42,493 bases of DNA from a virus (Duplodnaviria > Caudoviricetes): IMG/VR virus record IMGVR_UViG_3300017747_000960, positions 1 through 42,493 of that record. One strand, written 5' to 3'. Each line of letters starts with the position of its first letter. The stretch's first letter is position 1. Under the pieces are notes generated by a model, which was not told where the DNA came from, did no database searches, and worked only from the letters and a program-made list of their open reading frames with translations. A program made the translations under genes and the position numbers. Of the stretch, positions 7,717-16,456 are shown piece after piece.

Positions 7717-10292
7717 TTAGCCTTTTTGTTCATTGCCATCTCATACCGCATTGTCCCAGCATTCTTGTGAACAACAACAGCCTTCTTCTGAGCGGCGGGT
7801 TTGTGCTCGTCTTCACCGTGACGCATGGCCATGTGGCGCTGGGCCACAACGTTCTGCTCAGGGAATGCGTGGAAGTCGTCGTGAGCAAAGCCACGGTGAC
7901 GGCCATCAACTGATCCACCCTCAGCATAGAACTTGATTGCCTGCGGTGCAACGTACTCTTTGCCTTTTGCCTTGGCTTGATCTTCTGGCTTGTCAATCTC
8001 GTACTCACCATTGTTTTTCATGGCGTGCTCAATGTGCTTGTCGCTCACGTTGTGAGTGAATGATGTCTGGTGACCAATGTTGCTGGTTGACTCAGTGGGC
8101 GTGGTCATCAAGATGTGGCCAGCTTCTTTGCCGTTCTTGGTCTTGAAGCGATTCTTTGGCAAGAACTCAGTGTCCTTGAACCGTGAGTCGGTTGGGATCA
8201 TGTGTGGCGTGCCGTCTTTGTTCTGGCCAACCTGCACCAGTCGTGGGTGCAGGATGTGCTGGCGCTGGTAGTCGTAGCGCAGGCCTTCGTGGGTTGTGTG
8301 GCCGTAGTGGGCCTTGTCCTCTGAAGTCTTGCGTCCAGAGCCGCTGTAGTGGCCTTCTGGGCCTTCTGCGCGCTCTTCATGGGTCAACTCATTTTCAGGG
8401 CGTCCTGTTGTCCAGTATTTGGCGTGAGTGATGTGCTGTTCCATCTTCTTGGCCATGGGTGAGCCACGCTTCACGTCAGTCACCATGTAAGAGCCCTTGG
8501 GCGGTGTCTTGTTGCCCTGCTCATTAGTGAAGTCGCCCTTGTTATCAGCGGCCAAAATGGTGTTGCGCACACGTGCTTTATCGCGCCCAACGTTCTCGCT
8601 GATCTCTTGGCCCTTCTTGACCTTGGGGCCCACGTTGGAGTGGGTGACGTAGTAACCGTTCTCAGGGTCATGCAACTCATTGGTCTTACCGTATGAGTTG
8701 GCGATGATTGGTGGCTTGTCATCCATCTTGCGCTGTTCGTTCAAATGACGGATGGCGTGACGTGATGACACGTCAGTTTCGTCCACCACATTGGGACGGA
8801 ACAGCAGGCGCTGGTTGCTCTTGTCTGCAAGGCGTGCGGCGTTGCGCAGTGAGCCAGTGTGAGCCAGTATCCAGTCGTTGGTCATCTTGGGGTCGTGCTT
8901 GGCCTGCTCATGTGCGGCGCGGCGTGTGGCGGCACCAGCATATTGCGACTCAGCATTGGGCGCGAAGCATGTGCCCTTCTTGGTGTCAACGATGCCCTCA
9001 GCGTCTTTACCACCACCACATCCCTCGGTTTGGCCGGGGCAGGTGTTGATCACTTGGTACTTGGTGTCTTTGCCTTTGCCCGATGTGTACAGGGCGTGGC
9101 CAGCAACACCTTTAGATGCAAAGCCAATGTGTGTGCGGCCTTCTTCGTCGTGCTCGTGGCGCACGGTGTCCAGCTTCTCTGACTCGTCCAATGTGTTGGC
9201 GTTCTTGCCAATGTGCTTGGCTTCACGCAGACGATTGAGTGCGGCCTCTTCGGCGGCAGTCTGCTCTTCCAATGGCTTGGCAAAGTGCTCTTTCAACGTG
9301 TCGCGGTGTTGCTGGGCAATCTTGTTCAGCGTCAGCGGATCACGGTGCTCGTCACCATAAACCTTGGCGCGTGCCTCGTTCATCTCATGCAGGCCTATCG
9401 CGCCCACTTTGGCGTTGCCTTCCAGCGTATGACGGGGCACCACGATGCCTTTGACGCCACCAGAACCTTCAGCCTTGATGGTGACGCGCTTGTCTTGCGC
9501 TGAGGGCTTTTTGGCCGCCATCTCAGCTTTCATGTCGTCCACGGACGGTTGGCCACCCTTGGCCAGCTTTTGGGCACCAAGAGCGTTCATGGCTTGTCCT
9601 TGGGGCGTCATTGACAGCATGTTACCCATGGGCGGTGTTAGGCCTTGTGGGGCACCCATAGGAGCGCCGGGTGGGCCTCCAGCAGGGCCGCCGGGCGGTG
9701 GGGCACCGGGCGGTTGACCGGGCGCGCCTTGCGGGGGCTGAGGAGGTGTGGGCATCAATTGTTGGCCACCCTGCATCTGGCTCATGTCAACACCACCGAT
9801 GGGCATGCCACGTGTAGTTGCCACGCCGCCGGGGCTGGGGAAACCAATGTCGCTGGTCTCAGGTGGGAAGAAGTGTTTGGGCGACATGTTTGGTGCCTCA
9901 TTCACTCCAACATTTTTTAGGTCAACGCTACTGCTCTTTTGAGCCAGCGCCAGCTTCATTTTGGCCAATGATGGTTGCACATAGCCTCCCTTTGCTTTTT
10001 TGATTGCGTATGAGTCTTTGCCAGTCTTCTCAGCGACGTGGTAGCCATCATGGCCAGCCTGCTTGATGGCGTCTTGAATACGTGGGTCTTCGATGTGCTT
10101 CCAGTTGCCTGTGGCCAGCGTGGTTGCCAAGTGCTTGGCCACATCGGGAATCTTGTTGAAGTCTTTGTGCTTGGCGGCAATCTCTGACACCGTCTCGACG
10201 TGGTCAGCATTCTCGTAGTCAAACGGGTTGCTAATCTCTTTGCCTTTGGAGTAATTCACATGCTCTTCGGCCTTCCACTCGTCAGGTGCCAC
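7713..10292 (-). CDS. Polyvalent protein, C-terminal part (Pro/Gly-rich linker, Gp88-like Cys-containing domain); in frame with 10335..11882
   Basis: 859 aa ORF; frame continues upstream to a TAG at 10335-10337; AxGG motifs between domains. Confidence 0.75.
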   Translation of the reverse strand: MAPDEWKAEEHVNYSKGKEISNPFDYENADHVETVSEIAAKHKDFNKIPDVAKHLATTLATGNWKHIEDPRIQDAIKQAGHDGYHVAEKTGKDSYAIKKAKGGYVQPSLAKMKLALAQKSSSVDLKNVGVNEAPNMSPKHFFPPETSDIGFPSPGGVATTRGMPIGGVDMSQMQGGQQLMPTPPQPPQGAPGQPPGAPPPGGPAGGPPGAPMGAPQGLTPPMGNMLSMTPQGQAMNALGAQKLAKGGQPSVDDMKAEMAAKKPSAQDKRVTIKAEGSGGVKGIVVPRHTLEGNAKVGAIGLHEMNEARAKVYGDEHRDPLTLNKIAQQHRDTLKEHFAKPLEEQTAAEEAALNRLREAKHIGKNANTLDESEKLDTVRHEHDEEGRTHIGFASKGVAGHALYTSGKGKDTKYQVINTCPGQTEGCGGGKDAEGIVDTKKGTCFAPNAESQYAGAATRRAAHEQAKHDPKMTNDWILAHTGSLRNAARLADKSNQRLLFRPNVVDETDVSSRHAIRHLNEQRKMDDKPPIIANSYGKTNELHDPENGYYVTHSNVGPKVKKGQEISENVGRDKARVRNTILAADNKGDFTNEQGNKTPPKGSYMVTDVKRGSPMAKKMEQHITHAKYWTTGRPENELTHEERAEGPEGHYSGSGRKTSEDKAHYGHTTHEGLRYDYQRQHILHPRLVQVGQNKDGTPHMIPTDSRFKDTEFLPKNRFKTKNGKEAGHILMTTPTESTSNIGHQTSFTHNVSDKHIEHAMKNNGEYEIDKPEDQAKAKGKEYVAPQAIKFYAEGGSVDGRHRGFAHDDFHAFPEQNVVAQRHMAMRHGEDEHKPAAQKKAVVVHKNAGTMRYEMAMNKKAK

Positions 10293-10334
10293 GGTGCCGC
10301 CTTTGGCAAAGCCGAAGTCCTTCTTCTTGAAGGG

Positions 10335-11882
10335 CTAGGCGCGGGGCAGGTCTGACGTGCCGGCGGCTTTGTTGATGCGGGACACCTCAGCGTCTGACAG
10401 CACCTTGTTGACCTTCATCGATCCACCGATCAACCAACTGCCGGTCATGTTGGGATTGGTCTTGTATCGGTAATGGCCGCCCTTGGGTATCTGGTCGGTG
10501 ATGTGTGCCTTGACGGGCACCACCTTGCCTTGTGCATTGGTGCCGCGCTTGGTGGCCTCAGCTTGCCAGTCCACGTCATCAGGCATCTCCACCTCAGCCC
10601 ATGCATGGTTGGCAGGACGGCGGTCGGGCGCGGTCAGTTTGGGGTCAGACTTCTCACCGATGTGGGTGGCGATGGGCAGGTCACCAGCGTGCCAGCCGGG
10701 ACGGTAGGCAAGGTCGCCGATCTTGGACTTGACCTTGTTGCCACGCATTTCGCCCTCTTTGGCGTCCACCCACTTGTTCATCTCCACCGGTGTGTTGGCG
10801 TCCACAAACAATGGGAACAGCTTGCCGGGATGATCTGGGTGGACACGGAATAGTTTGTAAGCCTTGACGGTGCTCTTTGGTTCTTTCACTGTGCCCCCCT
10901 TGGCCTTGGTAATGTCGTTCTCATTGGTGTCGTATGTGCCACGGTTGCCAGTAGCCGACTTGATCTTGTTCTGGTGAAAGGGCCTGAATGCGTCAATCGT
11001 ATGCTCGGCGTCGTATCCCTCGCCAATTTTGCTTGGGTCGCCTTTGTAGTACGGCATGCCAGCATCAAACACGTCTTTGTGAATCATGCCGTCATAGCCT
11101 TGCTTTTTGAGTTGCTTGACGACCTCATGCGAGTCTGCCAATGCATATGCATCCACTGATGCCTCTGGCAATAACTCGTCCAGAATTCGACTGACATCTT
11201 TTTTGCCGCCTGCTTCACTTACTTCGTCTGCAAGTTGCGCAAAACTTCTGACTCTGAAGTGGCCGCGCTTGTCGGTAGCATCGATGCTGTGCTTGGCACC
11301 GCCCTTCATGACGTGGTGATCAAGCGTGCTTAAAACGTCTGACAGGTCTTCATATCCAAGTTTGCTTTTGTGACGTGGGACAGTCAAATCATGATCCATC
11401 TGGTTGATAAATTCTTCCAGCGTTACATGCTCACCCAGCTTCCTGACATCGAACGGCTTCTTCATTTGCACATGCACTGGCACGCTGGTCGATCCGGGCC
11501 CGTGCTTGATGTCCCATCCAAGTTGCTGGGAGTACACGTTGGCGACTTCAGGATCGTCCGTGAACGATGGCGTTGACCGGTCTTGCGTGGTGACAAACTT
11601 GTCTACTTTGGGCACCTTGCGCTGGCCCCTGTACAGCCTTTGCTTGATCTCGCTGTCTTGCAGGAACTTAGCCAAGTTGGCGTCGCGTTGTTCACGGGGT
11701 AATACGTCACCACCCTCAGCCTTGCCTTGCTGGCGCTGGGTCAGCCATTCACTGAATGACGGCATGTCACGGGTGTACTTGCTGGCCATCTCTTTGTCGT
11801 ACTGCTTGCTCAACTGCGAACGCATCTCAGCCAACTGCCGTTGCTGTTCAAGTTGCTTGCGGTATTGCTCAGGAATGGGCAT
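10335..11882 (-). CDS. Polyvalent protein, N-terminal part (ART-PolyVal-like ADP-ribosyltransferase domain plus a second domain)
   Basis: LYRG...SFTDDPEVANVY...PVHVQMKKPF...QGYDGMI...IKSATGNRGTYD resembles the ADP-ribosyltransferase domains of phage polyvalent proteins; GAGG RBS. Confidence 0.7.
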   Translation of the reverse strand: MPIPEQYRKQLEQQRQLAEMRSQLSKQYDKEMASKYTRDMPSFSEWLTQRQQGKAEGGDVLPREQRDANLAKFLQDSEIKQRLYRGQRKVPKVDKFVTTQDRSTPSFTDDPEVANVYSQQLGWDIKHGPGSTSVPVHVQMKKPFDVRKLGEHVTLEEFINQMDHDLTVPRHKSKLGYEDLSDVLSTLDHHVMKGGAKHSIDATDKRGHFRVRSFAQLADEVSEAGGKKDVSRILDELLPEASVDAYALADSHEVVKQLKKQGYDGMIHKDVFDAGMPYYKGDPSKIGEGYDAEHTIDAFRPFHQNKIKSATGNRGTYDTNENDITKAKGGTVKEPKSTVKAYKLFRVHPDHPGKLFPLFVDANTPVEMNKWVDAKEGEMRGNKVKSKIGDLAYRPGWHAGDLPIATHIGEKSDPKLTAPDRRPANHAWAEVEMPDDVDWQAEATKRGTNAQGKVVPVKAHITDQIPKGGHYRYKTNPNMTGSWLIGGSMKVNKVLSDAEVSRINKAAGTSDLPRA

Positions 11883-11909
11883 GCGTTACCTCATGATGGA
11901 ATTGCATAG

Positions 11910-11939
11910 ATTATGCCTTGGGGTCATGCGTTTGGGCAA
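11910..11939 (-). promoter_or_regulatory. Possible sigma70-type promoter for the polyprotein/head operon
   Basis: TTGCCC-18 bp-CATAAT just upstream of the ATG at 11882. Confidence 0.35.
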
Positions 11940-11954
11940 TCAGGGCACCGTCGG

Positions 11955-12173
11955 TCACTCTGACACACACCCAACTCCTTGCATGACCTTGGCGTTGCGC
12001 GCTCTAATCCATTCTCGAAACTGTTGGACGGCCTGTTGCTCAGGCACGGCTCCTGTGGGCTGGGCAAGAACTTCGTATCGGTTCTCGCACACAGTAGTGC
12101 GCACACCGTCTTGCTGGATGACTTTTTCGTAGTCGGCTCCAACTTTGATGTGGATGTAGTCTTCATATGCCAT
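11955..12173 (-). CDS. Hypothetical protein
   Basis: 72 aa ORF with AAGGA upstream, on the coding strand. Confidence 0.6.
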   Translation of the reverse strand: MAYEDYIHIKVGADYEKVIQQDGVRTTVCENRYEVLAQPTGAVPEQQAVQQFREWIRARNAKVMQGVGCVSE

Positions 12174-12192
12174 TCTCTTTTCCTTGTAGTAA

Positions 12193-12209
12193 TGCTAATC
12201 TGATTAGTA
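12193..12209. repeat. 17-bp palindrome family P (TACTAATC-N-GATTAGTA), copy 1, one mismatch
   Basis: TGCTAATC-T-GATTAGTA. Confidence 0.8.
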
Positions 12210-12221
12210 CGGGTTTCTACT

Positions 12222-12238
12222 TACTAATCGGATTAGTA
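12222..12238. repeat. 17-bp palindrome family P, copy 2
   Basis: TACTAATC-G-GATTAGTA, perfect dyad. Confidence 0.85.
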
Positions 12239-12241
12239 GGT

Positions 12242-13675
12242 TTATGCTCCATATGGATTCTCCCGGCCCCGGCTGTTGAATATCTCAGCGTCGGTGATGT
12301 CTTCTTCTTCGATCTCGTCCCTGCGGGAGAAGTCGATGCTGATCCACCCGGCGTCGCGCAGGTAGCGCAGGCCTTGGCTGATGCAGTCTACGAACTCGTC
12401 ATGCACGGTGCCCTCTGGGAATGAGCATATCTGGCTGACCATGCCCTCGGCCCAGTCTTTGACGAACCCTTTGCGCACGGACGACTCAGGCACCCATACG
12501 CGCCCGGCTTTGATAATGTTGGCCACGATGGATAGGCGTTGCACCTTGTCGGCTCTGCCGGGGTTGTACGCGATCACGGGCAGGTGGGCCTGCTGTAAGT
12601 CTTGGATCAGGCTGATGCCTGCGCTCTTGTCCTCCACGAGGATCACGTCCACCAGCTTGCGGGTCTTGCCCTCACCGTAGACCGTCTCGAACTCGTCGAT
12701 GACCTTGGGGCGCAGTTGCGGGTACTGGAGGTGGTCTTGCCAGCAGTCGAGGATCATGACGCACATGCCACCGTCCTCAGGCTTGAACACGCCCAGCGTG
12801 ATGCATCCTGTCGGGTCGTTGATGGTCTTGTCGCTGGTGGCGCAGTCGTAGGACTGGAGCACGTACTCCAGCCGGGGGAAGGGCTTGCCGTCTGGCCAGA
12901 GACGGAACCACTCGCGCCTGACGATGCCGCCCTCCTCAGGGTCGATGATCTCAGCGTGAATCTCCTGCCGGCCAAGGTTGGTGCCCTCGTACTGCAAGAT
13001 TTGCTTCTGGAATGACTTGGCCAAGTTGGCGATGTTGCTGTACGTGCTGGCGCGGGTGATCACCACGTCGTCGCCCTCACGGTCAATCAACTCCAGCACC
13101 ACGTCCTTTGGCTTAGGTGTGGTTGAGCAGATCAGCTTGGTGCGCTCACCCAGTCGGATACCGAACTGGATCATGTCCCAAGACTCTCTGAGGTACTCCC
13201 AAGCGGCCAACTCATCGCACCAGCCCCCATGGAACTGTGGCCCCCGGAAACGCTCAGGCTCGGACGCCGGGATGCCCTTAATCAGGGTGCCATTGATCAG
13301 CGTGATCTCATGCAGGCTGGAGTTGTACTTGGCCACCAACTCAGGTGGAATGACTTTGAGCAATCCGGAGTCCCCTTCAAAGCAAACCCCTTTGAGGTCA
13401 CCCGACGTGGGCGCGGAGACCAGCCATCGGGTGTTGGGTTGCTCCCATGCCCACCATGCAAGTGTTTCGGCCGCCGCACGCGATTTTCCGGCACCTCTCC
13501 CCGCTAAGAGAAGCCAGCATGACCAATGGTCGCCCATGGGCTCGATCTGGTGCTTGTGGGCCTCCCTTTGCCATTTCATTTGCCAGTTGACTACCGCCTG
13601 CGCAATAGGGGACAGCTTGACGTATTCCTCGTCGAGATACTCTTGGTCTTCGAGGATAGCGTCTACGGTGCTCAT
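12242..13675 (-). CDS. terL: Terminase large subunit
   Basis: Walker A LAGRGAGKS, Walker B WCDELAAW, TTPKP coupling motif, RNase H-like nuclease with SYD and HDEFVD. Confidence 0.95.
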   Translation of the reverse strand: MSTVDAILEDQEYLDEEYVKLSPIAQAVVNWQMKWQREAHKHQIEPMGDHWSCWLLLAGRGAGKSRAAAETLAWWAWEQPNTRWLVSAPTSGDLKGVCFEGDSGLLKVIPPELVAKYNSSLHEITLINGTLIKGIPASEPERFRGPQFHGGWCDELAAWEYLRESWDMIQFGIRLGERTKLICSTTPKPKDVVLELIDREGDDVVITRASTYSNIANLAKSFQKQILQYEGTNLGRQEIHAEIIDPEEGGIVRREWFRLWPDGKPFPRLEYVLQSYDCATSDKTINDPTGCITLGVFKPEDGGMCVMILDCWQDHLQYPQLRPKVIDEFETVYGEGKTRKLVDVILVEDKSAGISLIQDLQQAHLPVIAYNPGRADKVQRLSIVANIIKAGRVWVPESSVRKGFVKDWAEGMVSQICSFPEGTVHDEFVDCISQGLRYLRDAGWISIDFSRRDEIEEEDITDAEIFNSRGRENPYGA

Positions 13676-14247
13676 GCTTCAGATTGGCGCTGTAGTTTGA
13701 TGGCCTTGAGTAAATCGCCAAACACGTTCAAGTTGTGCTCGACCACCATAGGGCTCTCGTCGTCTCCACCATGGGTGACACGGTCGCCGTACTTCTTTGG
13801 CCGTTGCTTGGCGGCATTCCACTTTCGGGCGTCGATGCGTTGCTTCTGCCACGCGATGTAGGCCGAGTCCAGCTTGATGTCCACTACGTTGCCTTCTTTG
13901 TCCTTCACCTCCAGCAGGGCAGGCGTCTCGTCGGCAATCGCCACAATCTGATCAGCGTGGGTCTCGGCCTGCTCCTCGCGCGCACGTGTGTACGACTCCT
14001 GAAACTCAGGGTGCCTCTGCAACCAGACGTATATCTGGCTTTGTGCTGGCATGTTTGCGTCCTTACAGATCGATGCCAGTCCTTCCCCTAGTGAAAGCCT
14101 TGTGCATATCTCGTCTACGAGTTCTGGGCTGTATTTGGTTGGTCTACCGCCCTTGTTTTTTGGGGCGGCGACTTCCTTGGCGATTGTGGCCAATTCGCGC
14201 TCCAATGACTCTTGGGTCACGGGCTCTTTGGTTTTCTTTTCGGTCAT
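13672..14247 (-). CDS. terS: Terminase small subunit (Sf6 gp1-like)
   Basis: GGRPTKYSPEL..EIC..L..GE.L..IC...MP...WL helix-turn-helix and IDARKW...PKKYGD; ATGA overlap with terL. Confidence 0.9.
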   Translation of the reverse strand: MTEKKTKEPVTQESLERELATIAKEVAAPKNKGGRPTKYSPELVDEICTRLSLGEGLASICKDANMPAQSQIYVWLQRHPEFQESYTRAREEQAETHADQIVAIADETPALLEVKDKEGNVVDIKLDSAYIAWQKQRIDARKWNAAKQRPKKYGDRVTHGGDDESPMVVEHNLNVFGDLLKAIKLQRQSEA

Positions 14248-14301
14248 ATTCCAGTCCTTTGTCGCGCAATAGTTTCAGCGCATAACTGGAAGTTTAACTC
14301 T

Positions 14302-14580
14302 TCACCCGGTGGTTTGTGAAGCCTTACCGTCTTTGAAGCCTTTATCGTATTCGGCTTTTAAGCGCGCTTGGAACTGTTTGCTCACGTGATCCATGAAGGT
14401 GATGGCGCTCAAGTCGGCCACGCCCTCGAACAATAGTCCGGGGCCATTGAAGTCCAGCATGCCTACTTCGTCACCGTCTTGGTTGAAGAACTTGAGCACG
14501 CTGTTGTGCTTGGGCATTTTGAATGACACGTCTTTGGTCGTGTGCTTTTGTTGGCATTCGCCGCCTTCGTATTCACTCAT
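14302..14580 (-). CDS. Hypothetical protein
   Basis: 92 aa, overlaps upstream stop. Confidence 0.65.
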   Translation of the reverse strand: MSEYEGGECQQKHTTKDVSFKMPKHNSVLKFFNQDGDEVGMLDFNGPGLLFEGVADLSAITFMDHVSKQFQARLKAEYDKGFKDGKASQTTG

Positions 14581-14848
14581 AACTCATCCCCTGAATCTTG
14601 TTTGCGGCAAACTTCTTGTACGCCTTCAATTGGACGATCTCCTCCTTCATGGTGGCGATCTGGGTGGCTTGGTGCTTCATCGTGCTGGATGCGCGCTCTA
14701 TCCACTCTTGAACCTCCTTGGGCATGGCAAAGGTACGCTCCTCAGGTTTTGAGGCCGCCACGGGCCGTTTGGGGGCCTTCACGGGTGCTTTCTTGGCTGG
14801 TGCCTTTGCGGCAACCTTCTTGGCTGGTGTTTTCTTGGCTGTTGCCAT
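14573..14848 (-). CDS. Hypothetical protein with Lys/Ala/Pro-rich (histone H1-like) N-terminus and coiled coil
   Basis: GAGGAG RBS before ATG 14848; MATAKKTPAKKVAAKAPAKKAP. Confidence 0.65.
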   Translation of the reverse strand: MATAKKTPAKKVAAKAPAKKAPVKAPKRPVAASKPEERTFAMPKEVQEWIERASSTMKHQATQIATMKEEIVQLKAYKKFAANKIQGMSYE

Positions 14849-15011
14849 GGGTTTTCTCCTCAGTTGGTTGGTAACGGATGTCGGGTGCATAAACGCACAA
14901 AATTAGGAACATGACGAACCACATGCCAATGATGAACTTTTGGGTAGTGGTTTCGGTGGGTTGTTGGCTGGGCAGATGGCGCATCATTTCGTCGATTTCT
15001 AGGCGGTTCAT
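14742..15011 (-). CDS. Small membrane protein
   Basis: GGAGG RBS, MNRLEIDEMM..., hydrophobic stretch FIIGMWFVMFLILCVYA; 3' end overlaps next gene. Confidence 0.5.
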   Translation of the reverse strand: MNRLEIDEMMRHLPSQQPTETTTQKFIIGMWFVMFLILCVYAPDIRYQPTEEKTHGNSQENTSQEGCRKGTSQESTREGPQTARGGLKT

Positions 15012-15127
15012 TTCTGCCTCCAGAATGAGCCGTGAACGAAGCCACCAAGCCATCCTGCCAGTACGCCAAAGCCAAGGGCGCCAAGCATGCCAAAGATGCA
15101 GAAGGATATTTCACACAGTGTGGTCAT
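15008..15127 (-). CDS. Small hydrophobic peptide (39 aa); absent from ORF track
   Basis: MTTLCEISFCIFGMLGALGFGVLAGWLGGFVHGSFWRQK; ATGA overlaps at both ends. Confidence 0.55.
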   Translation of the reverse strand: MTTLCEISFCIFGMLGALGFGVLAGWLGGFVHGSFWRQK

Positions 15128-15381
15128 GCTTCCTCCACTGTGATGCGGTATTGCTTGCCGTAACGGTCGTGAACCATGATGGTCTTTTTGGTGCTGGCAA
15201 ACTTGCCATCGGGTGTCACGTCGTACTTCGGGCTGGTCACCACGGACAGCAGGCTCTCGCTGTCGTGTGTCTTTAGCTTGCCTGAGATGATGTGGGCGAT
15301 GTAGTCGCAGTAGGCCATCAGGCTGTGCGCCTTGGCGGTTGTTTCGATGACCATCTTGGCCATTGCTTTGAAGTCTTCCAT
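15124..15381 (-). CDS. Hypothetical protein
   Basis: AAGGAG RBS before MEDFKAMAK. Confidence 0.7.
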   Translation of the reverse strand: MEDFKAMAKMVIETTAKAHSLMAYCDYIAHIISGKLKTHDSESLLSVVTSPKYDVTPDGKFASTKKTIMVHDRYGKQYRITVEEA

Positions 15382-15391
15382 GTTGTTCTCC

Positions 15392-15649
15392 TTATGCTTC
15401 GTACACACCAAGTTCACCGGGGTTGATCCACTCAGCAAACAATCCACTCTTGCTCAAAACTGCATCAATCTTTGGATTGACACCGAACACCCAATTGGGT
15501 TGCAAGTATCCGTCATAGTAGTCGGCCCACTTGTAAGACTCTGGGTCTTCTGCGCTGATCTGAAACCGGCCGTCCATGTCGTCACGTTCATAAACTGGCA
15601 CACCCAACTTTTTGAGTGCGTTAAATGCTTTGATGTATTTGCGCTTCAT
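15392..15649 (-). CDS. Hypothetical early protein
   Basis: AAGGAG RBS before MKRKYIKAF. Confidence 0.7.
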   Translation of the reverse strand: MKRKYIKAFNALKKLGVPVYERDDMDGRFQISAEDPESYKWADYYDGYLQPNWVFGVNPKIDAVLSKSGLFAEWINPGELGVYEA

Positions 15650-15659
15650 GGTCGTCTCC

Positions 15660-15977
15660 TTACGCATTTGCTTTAGATTCATACATCATCATTTCCCACT
15701 CTGCCTGCTCGTCTTCGAGTATGGCAACAGCATTCAAAAAGTCAGCTTTGATGTCCTTGTAGTAATCGTAACGATCAAAAGCCTTTCCCTTCATTTTTGA
15801 CGCAATCTTGCGGCCAAGCGCAGAGTCAATGTCCACCCTGAACACCCAGCTTTGTGATGGAGAATTTTTATTCGATCCCCAGCCGTGCTTGGTGACGTGC
15901 ATCAAGCCTACAGACTCACCATTGACAAAGACCTCTTTATCGCTCGTTGCCCAAAATTTTCTGAATACTACTTTCAT
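15660..15977 (-). CDS. Hypothetical early protein
   Basis: AGGAG RBS; first gene after promoter A. Confidence 0.7.
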   Translation of the reverse strand: MKVVFRKFWATSDKEVFVNGESVGLMHVTKHGWGSNKNSPSQSWVFRVDIDSALGRKIASKMKGKAFDRYDYYKDIKADFLNAVAILEDEQAEWEMMMYESKANA

Positions 15978-15985
15978 GATTTTTG

Positions 15986-16050
15986 CTCCTAAATAAACCT
16001 GCTCATTGCAGTGATTAAGATTCTAACACGGAATTAGATTGTGGTGTCAA
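15986..16050 (-). promoter_or_regulatory. Promoter A with operator dyad and leader hairpin
   Basis: TTGACA-19 bp-TAGAAT (extended -10 TG); dyad TCTAAC-N5-ATTAGA at 16022-16038; leader CACTGC-AATGA-GCAGGTTTATTTAGGAG. Confidence 0.8.
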
Positions 16051-16395
16051 CACTTTTCCCAAAGCAATTTGTTCAGCCTGCGCCAACAGAATGAATTGAT
16101 CCATCTTGGCGTCGATGGCGTCCTCAGTTGCAGATGACACCAAGAAGTTGTAACCGTAATTCTGCTTGATCTCGCGGGGCACGCCGGGGATGCGGAACAG
16201 GGTACTGAACTCACGCGCCCGATTGCACAGGCCGTTGTTGTACAGGTCGTAGTAGCAGTTCTGAGCGCGTCTGAAGCGTTCCAGATGCTTGTTAGTAGTC
16301 TTACCCTCAGGCACCTCACCAATCGCCGGGATGAGCCTCTGAAGGGCTTCTGCGATGTTTTGGTATGTACCCTGCTCGTTCCAATATTTAGCCAT
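16015..16395 (-). CDS. Hypothetical early protein
   Basis: AAGGAG RBS before MAKYWNEQG; YYDLYNNG motif. Confidence 0.7.
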   Translation of the reverse strand: MAKYWNEQGTYQNIAEALQRLIPAIGEVPEGKTTNKHLERFRRAQNCYYDLYNNGLCNRAREFSTLFRIPGVPREIKQNYGYNFLVSSATEDAIDAKMDQFILLAQAEQIALGKVLTPQSNSVLES

Positions 16396-16456
16396 GATTT
16401 TCTCCTTGATAAACCTGCGTAAGTGCAGTGACTTGGGGGCCGGAGCCCCCGTTGAT

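Noticed and set aside
10335-10337. Genome-wide TAG reassignment (alternative genetic code)
   Set aside because: Only one gene is interrupted; TAG acts as a normal stop at 19028 and 28621; other long genes are intact in code 11; no suppressor tRNA seen.
14281-14297. Additional operator copy upstream of terS (CATAAC-TGGAA-GTTTAA)
   Set aside because: Four mismatches to the consensus; cannot be told from chance.
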